In this document: positions 1 to 9,649 of the stretch, one piece after another
How positions within the stretch are numbered: position 1 is the first letter of the stretch
Layout of the letters: each line of letters begins with the position of its first letter
Source: Octopus sinensis
Lineage: Eukaryota
Direction: 5' to 3'
Assembly (NCBI RefSeq): GCF_006345805.1
Contig: NC_042998.1
Coordinates: 171,864,001 to 171,928,000 of the forward strand
DNA length: 64,000 nucleotides
Position numbers and translations under genes: made by a program
The notes under the pieces: model-generated
Told to the model about the DNA's origin: nothing
Database searches by the model: none
What the model saw: only the letters and a program-made list of their open reading frames with translations

Positions 1-123
1 GCATCCAGCTGTAGAGACACTACCAGATCAGACTTGAATCTGATACAGCCTCCTGGCTTCCCAGACCCCGGTCGAACCGTCCAACCCGTGCTAGCACGGA
101 AAACGGACGTTAAATGATGATGA
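1..123 (+). mobile_element. 3' end of a SINE with (TGA)n tail (family G)
   Basis: Ends ...GCTAGCACGGAAAACGGACGTTAAATGATGATGAT; a related tail occurs in reverse orientation at about 4995-5045. Confidence 0.55.
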
Positions 124-437
124 TATATATATATAAAACAAAAACGCGATAGTGGACAATAAAACATTCGGATAGATAGACGATACAATGGCGGACAGGA
201 GAAACAACAATTAGAAGGACAGGAAAAAAAGATGGATCATTCGTGACCTTCTTTGCTCAGTCAAGTTACCAGAAGTCCTTACTGTTTCAGGCAGCTACAC
301 TCGAGACAGTTCGATCTCATTGCCTTCAAGAGCATTAGATTTTTTTAAAGAAAGCTAGCGAATGTGTACGGCAACAAAGACAAAAAACGGAGAACATGGT
401 ATACAATTACAAATACAAACAACAGGAAAATAACAAC

Positions 438-468
<31 letters not shown>

Positions 469-744
469 CGTATTTATATATATATAAGACAAGGTATAAA
501 TAATGGTCATTACATATTATTCCTATTAGAGTAAATTTGGCTTACAACTCTTTTCAGTTGTCATTATAGGTACGCTTCTGAGATGTTTACTCAATTGATC
601 AGCTGAGAAAAATTGAACGACCTAAAAAAAATTCATATTACTTTCGTCAGAGCCATTTCTGGTTATAACAAAGTAGGACACTGAAGGAATGGTAGTCTCT
701 TGCAGTCCGAAAAAGACGGTTCTGCTATTTCATGCTGAAGAACC

Positions 745-982
745 TGTACAAATAATTTGTTTATAGTGATAAAAGGTGTGAGCCGTGCATTAGCTCACAC
801 CCTCTATCAAATCAACGTTGCCTGAACAGGTACACTGTGTACCACACGTCAGGTGTTGAAGTGATCGCAAAGCAACGTGAGATGAAGTTTTTTATTCAGG
901 AGCGCAACACATCACGCAGTCCAGGAACTGAAACTACGATCTCGCGATCAGGAGTGCAACACCCTAACCACTAGGCCATATG
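745..982 (-). mobile_element. tRNA-derived SINE (family F)
   Basis: Minus strand begins ATATGGCCTAGTGGTTAGGGTGTTG (A-box-like) with GTTTCAGTTCC (B-box-like); 9-bp hairpin GGTGTGAGC/GCTCACACC near the tail. Confidence 0.6.
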
Positions 983-1401
983 TATAAGGGTTCAGTCGTT
1001 CACGACTACCATGTGTGTGCAAGCCTGGAGCAAGATTCCTTTTGAGGAAAAATGGCAGGTGTCCATGCATACAAGTATTCTCTCTCCATGACATCAATGT
1101 CTATCCAAAAGAAAGTTCCCCAACTTGGGTGGATACAGCTTCATACCAGTGTCATCAGAAGAATTGTTGTTAGAAAGCAAACAGCTTCTAACTGTTCTGT
1201 CAATCCCCTGCCCTTCATTAATAGTTTTTACCGACTCCAAAATGGCGAAAGGCTAAATTTACCTCAGCAGGATTTGAACTTAGAGTACAGTGTTGACACA
1301 AAAACAGTTAAACATTCTAGCGACTCTAAAAACAAACAAAATAAAGCCAGACATTCTGCAAAGGTTATTATTCTCAGATTTAATATTGTGCCTGTTTCTA
1401 A

Positions 1402-1615
1402 GGCGGCGAGCTGGCAAAAGCGTTAGCACGCCGTATTTCGTCTGCCGTTACGCTCTGAGTTCAAATTCCGTCGAGGTCGACTTTGCCATTCATCCATTCG
1501 GGGTCGATAAATTAAGTACCAGTTACGCTCTGGGGTCGATGTAATCGACTTAATCCGTTCGTCTGTCCTTGTTTGTCCCCTCTATGTTTATCCCCTTGTG
1601 GGCAATAAAGAAATA
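1402..1615 (+). mobile_element. tRNA-related SINE, family A (GGCGGCGAGCTGG head), tail A1
   Basis: Head GGCGGCGAGCTGGCA, core GAGTTCAAATTCCG..GAGGTCGACTTTGCC..TCATCC..CGGGGTCGATAAA, tail ...TAAAGAAATA; many near-identical copies in the window. Confidence 0.85.
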
Positions 1616-2055
1616 AAAATCGTTCGCAGGCCGGAAAAATGCTTCGCGGCATTTCTTCCGGCTTTACATTCTAAGTCCAAATGCCGCTGGGGTCGATTAT
1701 ATACGTCCGAGGTGAACACTGGAGCCAACAAGCTCCATACCCCCAAATTTCAGCCTTTTTGCCTATACAGGCAACGTTCATTATCGGATTGTCATATTAT
1801 CGACAAGATATTTGCGCTTTCTTGAACCATATTCCTGGCAAATGTCTTTCCAGTCTCAAGTGAGGATCGCAGAATAAGAATAGCATTGTTTTTCTTCTTT
1901 TTTCAACCAAAATTCAATGACATTTGCAAGTGATCGGTGTCTACGAGGACGAAACTAAACGAGTTCAATTAAGTTGAAGCTGAAATTATTTTTCTGTTTT
2001 ATTACAGAGAAACGATAAAAATAGCAATTTCGTTTTGCATAAACAAAGAAAAATT

Positions 2056-2268
2056 AGTAATGGTTTCAAATTTTGCCACAAGGGCAACAATTTTGGGGGA
2101 GGGGATGAGTCGATTACCTCCTGTGTTCAACTGGTACTTAACTTGTCGACCCCGAAAGGATGAAAGGCAAAGTCGACCTCGGCGGAATTTGAACATAGAA
2201 CATAAAGACAAGGGAAATGCTGTTAAGTATTTCGTTCAGCCTGCTAATCATTCTGCCAGTTCGCCGCC
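2056..2268 (-). mobile_element. Family A SINE with alternative tail A2
   Basis: Same head and core as family A, but the tail on the minus strand is ...CCCTTGTGGCAAAATTTGAAACCA; related A2 or degenerate copies at about 16570-16785, 21370-21570, 34810-35000, 36000-36190, 41890-43140, 44420-44600, 47020-47175, 50420-50572. Confidence 0.7.
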
Positions 2269-2279
2269 TTATTAATATT

Positions 2280-2313
<34 letters not shown>

Positions 2314-3020
2314 GTAAATATAATAATAATAAATATAAATATAATAAATAAGGCATGAGGGGAGGTGAAATAGTAGCTGTAATAAGAACATTATTGGATT
2401 GTTGAACTCGTCTTAAACTACGGCCCCAAACACAAATTAATGAAAATACTAGGGGAAAATGTAATTCTTGTATATTATTATGCAAGTTTTCGGTGAATCA
2501 GGATGCTGGTTGAAGCCAGTTATGTTTATTTAGGCTGCTGATCAGAACAACGTATTTTCTACCCTCTGTAAATTGTTTGAGTATGCTGAAATACTAAATA
2601 ATTGAATCATATTATCTTTTTCTAGAAACTTGTACTGACACAGAACGCGAGCTAATATGCTTTTACGTGGTCTCTCAACTTTTCAGAAATAACAAAATAT
2701 TTCTCAGCAAACCCTATCATCTTTAAAAAGGAAGGATATATTAATTAATGTGATCTGAAATAAAAACTATGTCTAAACAGAATGAAATATCTTTAATCAC
2801 AGTTCTGCTCGACAATGCATGTGACGGGCTTCTGTAGCTTCTGTCTATCAAATTCACTCACAAAACCTTAGACTGCACGGGGTTAAAGTAAAAGAAGAAG
2901 AAAAAAACTACAAAGCGCCTAGCAGTGGGACAGAACCCGAAACCACGTGGTTGCAAAGTGAATTTTTAATCACATACCTGAACTTATTATATATCATTAA
3001 ATATATCAATTCTCATTTCA

Positions 3021-3436
3021 GAGGCGGCGAGCTGGCAGAAACGTTATCGCGCCGGGCGAAATGCTTAGCGGTATTTCGTCCGCCGTTACGTTGTGAGTTC
3101 AAATTCCGCCGAGGTCGACTTTGCCTTTCATCCTTTCGGGGTCGATAAATTAAGTACCAGTTACACACTGGGGTCGATGTAATCGACTTAATACCCATGT
3201 CTGTCTTTGTTTGTCCCCTTTGTGTTTAGCCTCTTGTGGGTAATAAAGAAATAGGTATTTCGTCTGTCGTTACGTTCTGAGTTCAAATTCCGCCGAGGTC
3301 GACTTTGCCTTTCATCCTCTCGGGGTCGATAAATAAAATACCAATTTCGCACTGGGGTCAATGTAATCGACTTAATCCGTTTGTCTGTCCTTGTTTGCCC
3401 CCTCTATGTTTAGCCCCTTGTGGGTAGTAAAGAAAT
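3021..3436 (+). mobile_element. Dimeric family A SINE with 20-bp TSD
   Basis: Full unit plus a second unit starting GGTATTTCGTC at 3254; flanked by ATATATCAATTCTCA[T/G]TTCA at 3001-3020 and 3437-3456. Confidence 0.85.
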
Positions 3437-3449
3437 ATATATCAATTCT

Positions 3450-4700
3450 CAGTTCAAGTAGGTTGCTCTACTGTTGTTAAATCGTTAATTTGAATACCAC
3501 AAATTACAGAATTGGTGAGTTAGTGGATAAGAAGTTCCTATCTTTAATTTAAAAAGAGTCTTAGTTCGAATCAAGGGTAAAATTCATAAGAGCCATTATT
3601 TATTCCTTCCATAGAAAATGTGTCCGAAATACAATAAACAAGTGGATAAAGACGCGAGAATTGAACTGAAAGTCGTGCACCCTTGACGTTGAGTCAGTCC
3701 GAATTAGCAGACAGTAAAGTAGAACAAAAAAGAACTGACTTGGAAATGAAACATAGGACTAACTGGTAGTTACCAGGTAGCTCGAAGTTTTACGTTACCA
3801 ATGTTGGATTAATAATGCGTGAAGGACTGGGTATCATATTTCTTATTGGAGTTTAACGGGAGGTCACTTTAACATAGAAATAAATTGTTGTTGTGGAGTT
3901 TAGCGTATTTAGACATTCATTGTTAACTATTTTTTCATTTAATTTTGCTAATGTGACTTCAGTTAATATTTTGTGAATTAATTGCGGTTAGAATGTTTCC
4001 TTCTGCCCCATTATTCTTGACCTAGGAAACCAAGACCGAAACATGAACTCCAGCGAGATATGAAATAAATGAGGTACAGCTTTGACATGTAAATCCAGCC
4101 TATGTGACTTAGTAGTAGAATAACTTTAACCGGTATTCGGAGGGTAAAAGAAAGTAAAGTGAATGAGCAAATTCAACGTAATACAACCACAAGTGGATAA
4201 GTTACAGGAGAAATATTCTGGAATCATTTCACAGTGAAGAAGTAAGCAGAAAAATTTCAGTGAATATATACTTTTAAGGAGTAAAATAAATAAACCATGA
4301 GGGAAATTGTGGTGTGGGTTACGGTCGTCTAGTTTGAAATTAGTTTCAGAGAAAGGAAAAGTTTAGTCTTGGGTGTGTTGGCGATGAAGACAGAAACGCC
4401 GGATTTAATGAGGTAGGCAGATAAATCACTCGAGTAAGTGGAAACACGCATGACTAGAGACAAGAATGTTCAGTAACAGCTGATGACGAGTGGGGAGAAG
4501 TTGTTGGAGGTCTATTTGATGAATGAGAATTTTACTTGAAAGTTAATGTCAGCTGTCACAGCTATCTTTCGGTTAGAAATGCTGGAAATAGTTGAAGTTT
4601 TGTGAATAATGCAAGAAAGGGGTTAAAACGAAATAACCTGAACGGAAAGAGTTCATCTCGCTCTTGCTGAAAATATAAACGTTCCAAATAAATAGTACTA
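3450..4700 (-). mobile_element. Highly decayed Penelope-like retroelement remnant (tentative)
   Basis: Short minus-strand peptides such as SDLPLNSNKNMIPSPS..NFELPGNYQLVL resemble Penelope N-terminal regions as I recall them; many stops and frameshifts. Confidence 0.3.
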
Positions 4701-4994
4701 CGACAATTATTTTAGGTAATGAAAGGTTTTTTTTTCTAATAAAGATAGAATGTGGTTACAAAGTACTGAATGAGACTTTAGAATGTAAAAAAAGGACCAT
4801 ACTGTTCAAAATACCATATTAGTAAAAGCAAAATAGACAAAAAGTATTTGCAAATCATACATGTTTTAGGCTAAGCTTATTTTATTAAAACCGTTTTTTC
4901 TTTAGTTTCGTTTATTCCATTAAATTTTCAGAAATCTATTTTAATTAAGATGGCGGCAAAAATTCCGATTTATATCAGGTTTAGCATTGGATCA

Positions 4995-5215
4995 AAAACA
5001 TCCTCATCAGCAGCAGCATTATCACACGCCCGTTTTCCATGTTATGGTTTTGACGGTTCAACAGGGACTGGCGAGCCAGAGGGACTTTTGGATGCCCTTC
5101 CTAATACCAACCACTTTACAGAGTGTAGCGGGTGCTTTTTATGTGGTACCAGTGGCAGTGGGGTCACTAAGTAACTCACAAGACAAGACCCCTTAACTGA
5201 ATGGGTGGGGACTGT
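4995..5215 (-). mobile_element. SINE family G copy
   Basis: Reverse complement of the family G tail (CATGGAAAACGGGCG..GATAATGCTGCTGCTGATGA) next to the body GGATGCCCTTCCTAATACCAACCACTTTACAGAGTGT. Confidence 0.5.
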
Positions 5216-6300
5216 ATGCCAAATGATGAGATGTTAAAGTATGGTAGGCATAAATCCTAGCAAAATCTTCAACAGAAGATTTTGCTAGGATTTATTGAGA
5301 TATATATTTTATTCCATTTATTGATTATATTAATACCCAATTGAAACAATACTGGTGGCGATAGGATCGATTAAAGCCTTTGAAATTGATACATTAACAT
5401 GGTGGAAGCCTAGTGACAACCACTAGTAAAAAATTAAATCAATAAATATTTCCAAAAAACAACAATAACAGAATTCATCTAACTATCTAACAGTTTTAAT
5501 TAACTTGTTGACACCAGAGTACACTATCCAACGCACTTTTTTTTTTTTGCTTTTAAAGTAAGTTTTATTGTAATTTGAGAAAGATTTGACTGCCTTTTCT
5601 TGCAAGTCGAACAACCGCATAGTGGTTCGGAAGGTGTTGTAATAGCTGGTGTTGCGCGGCTACTATTTAGTTGGCATGGTTATGGAGTAGCTTTGGTTAA
5701 CTTTGCTTGAGCAGACCTATAGTTAAGTTAGCGTAAAATAACCGAACTAAAGATCTTCCACATAGCAACTAAATATCTCTCTAATGACATCTTATCGTCT
5801 TGAACAAAAGAGGCACACGTTAAGAAGATGAATGCTTTACACATGAAAAACAGACGGGATAGTCAAGGCTGGAACGATTCGATCAGGGTTCACAGCAGAG
5901 AACAATGATTTTTTACACGAAAACCTATGATTTATCGAGAAACGGCGGTATTGAATTAAACGTCTTATTTAGTGGGACGGGGAGGATCTTTCGTCAGTGT
6001 ATAATAATGAAATAACCCTCAAAGTTTCAGAAACAAAACGAAAAAACAGTACAAGTAGTCGAATTGAAACTTCAGCGGTTCGGACAGTGGTCTTTTATCG
6101 AGAACAAGGAAGAATTTCGTAAAAGTAGTGTTTGTAATAGGGACCACATAGTTAAACAACAGAAGTGGTTTGGACAGAAAGGTGTTTTACAGTTAAAAGA
6201 ATGTTTAACTGCCAAAAGAGACAATCTGCAAGAGCGTGTTCTGTTTGATGCAAGATAAGGTGTGAAAGCATGTTGTGTGTATGGAGAGAGAGAGAGAGAG

Positions 6301-7030
6301 AATTTCTTTATTCACCATAAGGTTGAGAAAAAGAGGGGACAATATGGGGACAGACAAAACAAACGTTGGGGTCAGGGTATCGAATGAGACGAAACAAACA
6401 ATTAAAATATATACAATTAAATGAGAATGAGTGATTAACAAAAAATGAAGCGGAGGACGCGGTTGACCCCACAAACTACATACTCACACTGAAGACTGCT
6501 TTCTCCTTTTTTACATTCTCGATTAAACAGGTTCTTTCACTCGCAACATACTTGCTATATACTTCCATCTTTTACGAAACACACTTTGCGACAGGCATTT
6601 CTTCTCCAGCCTTATTTTCCGTTTCATGTGGAAAACGAAAAAGTCGATTAGCTCGAGACTGGAGATGAACATGTCTGTTGCAATTCCTTTCCCTCTCGTC
6701 TTCCATACTACTTCTTTCGCAACAGTAACTACCGAGAGAAAACAGGCTCGCTCCTCCCTATTCAGGAAGGTCGGTGGAACGATCTTAATTACAGATTCGC
6801 TTGACAGTTGTACTCTTCTCGAATGCGACAGCGGGTGTTCGACATAAGCCCAGAGCTCAGTCACCTTGGGGCATTGCACAATCGCGTGCAGGACAGTTTC
6901 ACTGTCCCTCTCGCATCTTGCAGAAACCGGTGAAGGTGCACACCCATGTCTAAAGAGCTTATCTCGAACCGGTAAAGGTCCTCTGTAACATTGCCAGGCC
7001 AGGGACTTTTGGTAATTATAGAGGTGCTTA
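6301..7030 (-). mobile_element. Tx1/L1-clade LINE 3' fragment (ORF2 zf-RVT region plus 3' UTR)
   Basis: Minus translation SLAWQCYRGPLPVRDKL...ARCERDSETVLHAIVQCPKV...AKEVVWKTRGKG...FHMKRKIRLEKK; AATAAA at 6312-6307, then (TC)8. Confidence 0.85.
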
Positions 7031-7064
7031 TGTGTTGGGTATTAAAATAAAACACGACGATTGC

Positions 7065-9200
7065 TAATCTCTGTTGGGTGGGTTGTTTTGAGACGAAAAA
7101 TTAGTTGTTGTTTACAGTGCAAATAAGAAACAGATCTTTGTCGTAAAACAATACTGCAGATAGGAGGAAACCGGCAGACGTGGTTAGGCAGATGTGGAAT
7201 GACGAGTTACAGGTCGAAGTGATCCGATGTTGTTTCGTCGGATATTTAAAAGGTATTCTCTAAAACGGTCTAGCAATTTCCAACCACTTTGTTTCATATA
7301 CAGCTCGGGAAAGGAATTTAATCTCCTTCAAACCTCAGCCAACAGTCTTTAAACAAAAAACAAAACAAAACAAAAAAAATATACGTTAGTCATTGCACTC
7401 TAATGTCAACATAAGCTGACAAAACAAATTATTATTGTTGTTCCTCTGGAATATGTATTCTTTTAATCTTGCTAGCAGTCATTCAACTGTAATCAAGTTG
7501 AAGCATCAGCCCCAAGGGATTTAGTCAATCATATTGGTACCAATACTTAGAAGTAACAAAGTTGGCATCTTAAACAGTAAATAATATTCTTGTTTGTAGG
7601 CGTAAAACGGGCATCGAAACGGAAGGCGTTAGATTCATGTATTAAGGCGATATTCTGGATAATGAAGCAAATATAACAATGGGTGAAGGTGTAGTGGTGG
7701 GGAAGAATCCAAATCGAGTGTTGCGTGAGATGACAGAACTATGGACGGGAAGGTCATGCAAATTGTATGTAGACAAAGGGAGAAGTTGTTCAGAGAAGAA
7801 GTGAGAAATAGCATGGTCAAATTTGGAACGGAAGTATGTTAGAATGATGCGCTGGAGAAGTAAAGTGACGAGATGTTTTTTTTTTCTGCCTTTAACCCTC
7901 CAACGCGGAGTATAGGCCACTTATAATTGAATTCCATGTCGCATAATTTTTCGCTTCTGTACTTATACTCTGCCATGAATGTCTCCCTTTCTCTAGTTCC
8001 TTTTGTGTTGATCTCCGCCACGAGTTCTTAGGCCTACCTTTCTTTCTATATCCATCCAGTTTCCACTGTAAAGCACTTTTCGCTACATTTAGTGTTTCTT
8101 TTCTAATTGTGCTACCAATCCACTTCCACTTTTTCTTAAATATTTGCTCCCTAATCGAAACTTGGTTTGTTCTTTGCCATAGCTCCATATTGCTTATGTG
8201 TTCGGGCCATTTGATTTTAAGTATACTACGCAAGCATCTGTTGATGAATGATTGTATTTGCTTATTTGACTTAACTGTTGTTCGTCATGTCTCAGCCCCA
8301 TACAATAAAACCGCTTTTACGTTACTGTTAAAAATTCTTATTTTGTTCTTTATTGAAATTACACTTGCGCTCCATACTTTTTTCAACGAGATGTAGGCGA
8401 GCGGAAAAAGAAGGCGATTGGTGGTAGGAGAGAAGCAGGGCTTGGTGTGGATGAGCGGTTCACAGCTAAGACACGATTGCGAGCAACATAAACTACTAGT
8501 TGAAAATAACGACGTTGTGAGTAGCCGACCATTTAGTGCAAGCAGCCATCAACGTCAGAGTAAGCTACAGAGACGGCAATAGCAGAATAATTTTGAGTTT
8601 GAGATAGTAAATTTGGTGTGACTTATGTGGTGAAAGTAAAAGTCAGCGGGTTTGTAAAAAGCGAAGCTGGAGGTTAAAGTGGTCAATAGAGACCAGTGTC
8701 AATAGATGTCCAGGAAGCTAACAGACGTCGTTGAAGCAGTAGATGTAAAAACAGGGTGGAAGCGAATGGGGATACTAATGGAATCGAGCTGTTCGTTAGT
8801 AAGGAGGGGATGTCGATACAGATGTCAATGTAACGACCGTATTGCTTTGGAGTGAGGCCAGTAAACTGTGAAGGATTTGGGCCTCAGTATGTCCAACAAA
8901 GATGCTGGTATAGTAAAGCTTATACTGGATTCCTAAGGCCATCCTGTCACTTGCCGGTGGAAATCCACGAAAAAGGGGATAAAATGAGGTAATGACTAAT
9001 TGAGCAAGATGAGTATCTTTTCTGGGCTTGAGAATGTACGACGGTCTCGCAAGGTATTTACCTTAGTAGTAAGAGAATCCTTTGTCTGTGAAACACAGTT
9101 AATTATTTGACCATGTGGTGTTCAATGCAAACTGTTTGACCTCTCACCTCGTTGTAAAAGAACTATCCAAAATGTCGAGCTCTTCCTAGTTTAGGCCCCG
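7065..9200 (-). mobile_element. Decayed Penelope-like element (RT plus GIY-YIG endonuclease), interrupted by an RTE
   Basis: Minus peptides QYGRYIDI (8850-8821, degenerate YIDD), VSFLDI, FYKPAD, CRLCS, then LYMKQSGWKLLDRFREYL (about 7308-7250, GIY-YIG-like). Confidence 0.7.
7877..8385 (-). mobile_element. 5'-truncated RTE-clade LINE with poly(A) and 9-bp TSD
   Basis: Peptide NKIRIFNSNVKAVLLYGAETW..RSILKIKWPEHISNMELW..KWKWIG..RKKGRPKNSWRR; poly(A) at 7877-7885; TSD ACGAGATGT at 7868-7876 and 8386-8394. Confidence 0.9.
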
Positions 9201-9233
9201 AAAATTTTGGTGCCATAAGTGAAGTGAAGCAAT

Positions 9234-9649
9234 ACTCTTTTTACTCTTTTACCTGTTTCAGTCATTTGACTGTGGCCATGCTGGAGCACCTCCTTTTAGT
9301 CAAGCAAATCGACCCCAGGACTTATTCTTTGTAAGCCTGCTACTTATTCTATCGGTTTCTCTTTTTGCCAAACCACTAAGTTACGGGGACGTAAACACAC
9401 CAGCATCGGTTGTCAAGCGATGTTGGGGGAACAAACACAGAGACACAAACATATACATACGCATACATATATATATACATATATACGACGGGCTTCTTTC
9501 AGTTTCCGTCTACCAAATCCACTCACAAGGCTTTGGTCGGCCCGAGGCTAGAGTAGAAGACACTTACCTAAGGTGCCACGCAGTGGGACTGAATCAGGAA
9601 CTATGTGGCTGGTAAGCAAGCTACTTACCACACAGCCACTTCTACGCCT
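9234..9649 (-). mobile_element. tRNA-derived SINE, family C (GTGGCTGTGTGGTAAG head, internal microsatellite)
   Basis: Head AGGCGTAGAAGTGGCTGTGTGGTAAGTAGCTTG, core CCTT[G/A]GG[C/T]AAGTGTCTTCTACT, internal TA/TG tract, tail GACTGAAACAGGTAAAAGAG; other copies at 13577-13980 (+), 26947-27374 (-), 38525-38790 (+), 41428-41890 (+). Confidence 0.85.

Noticed and set aside
250-340. Hammerhead-like arrangement on the minus strand (CTCTTGA-AGGCA..TGCCT-GAAA-CAGT)
   Set aside because: Two core mismatches and no stem I; at most a very decayed relic.
1052-1863. Several 60-124-aa ORFs
   Set aside because: They overlap family A SINE copies or degenerate SINE sequence; the recurring peptides (RRGRLCLSSFRGR, RPRKDERQSRPRRNLN) are SINE translations.
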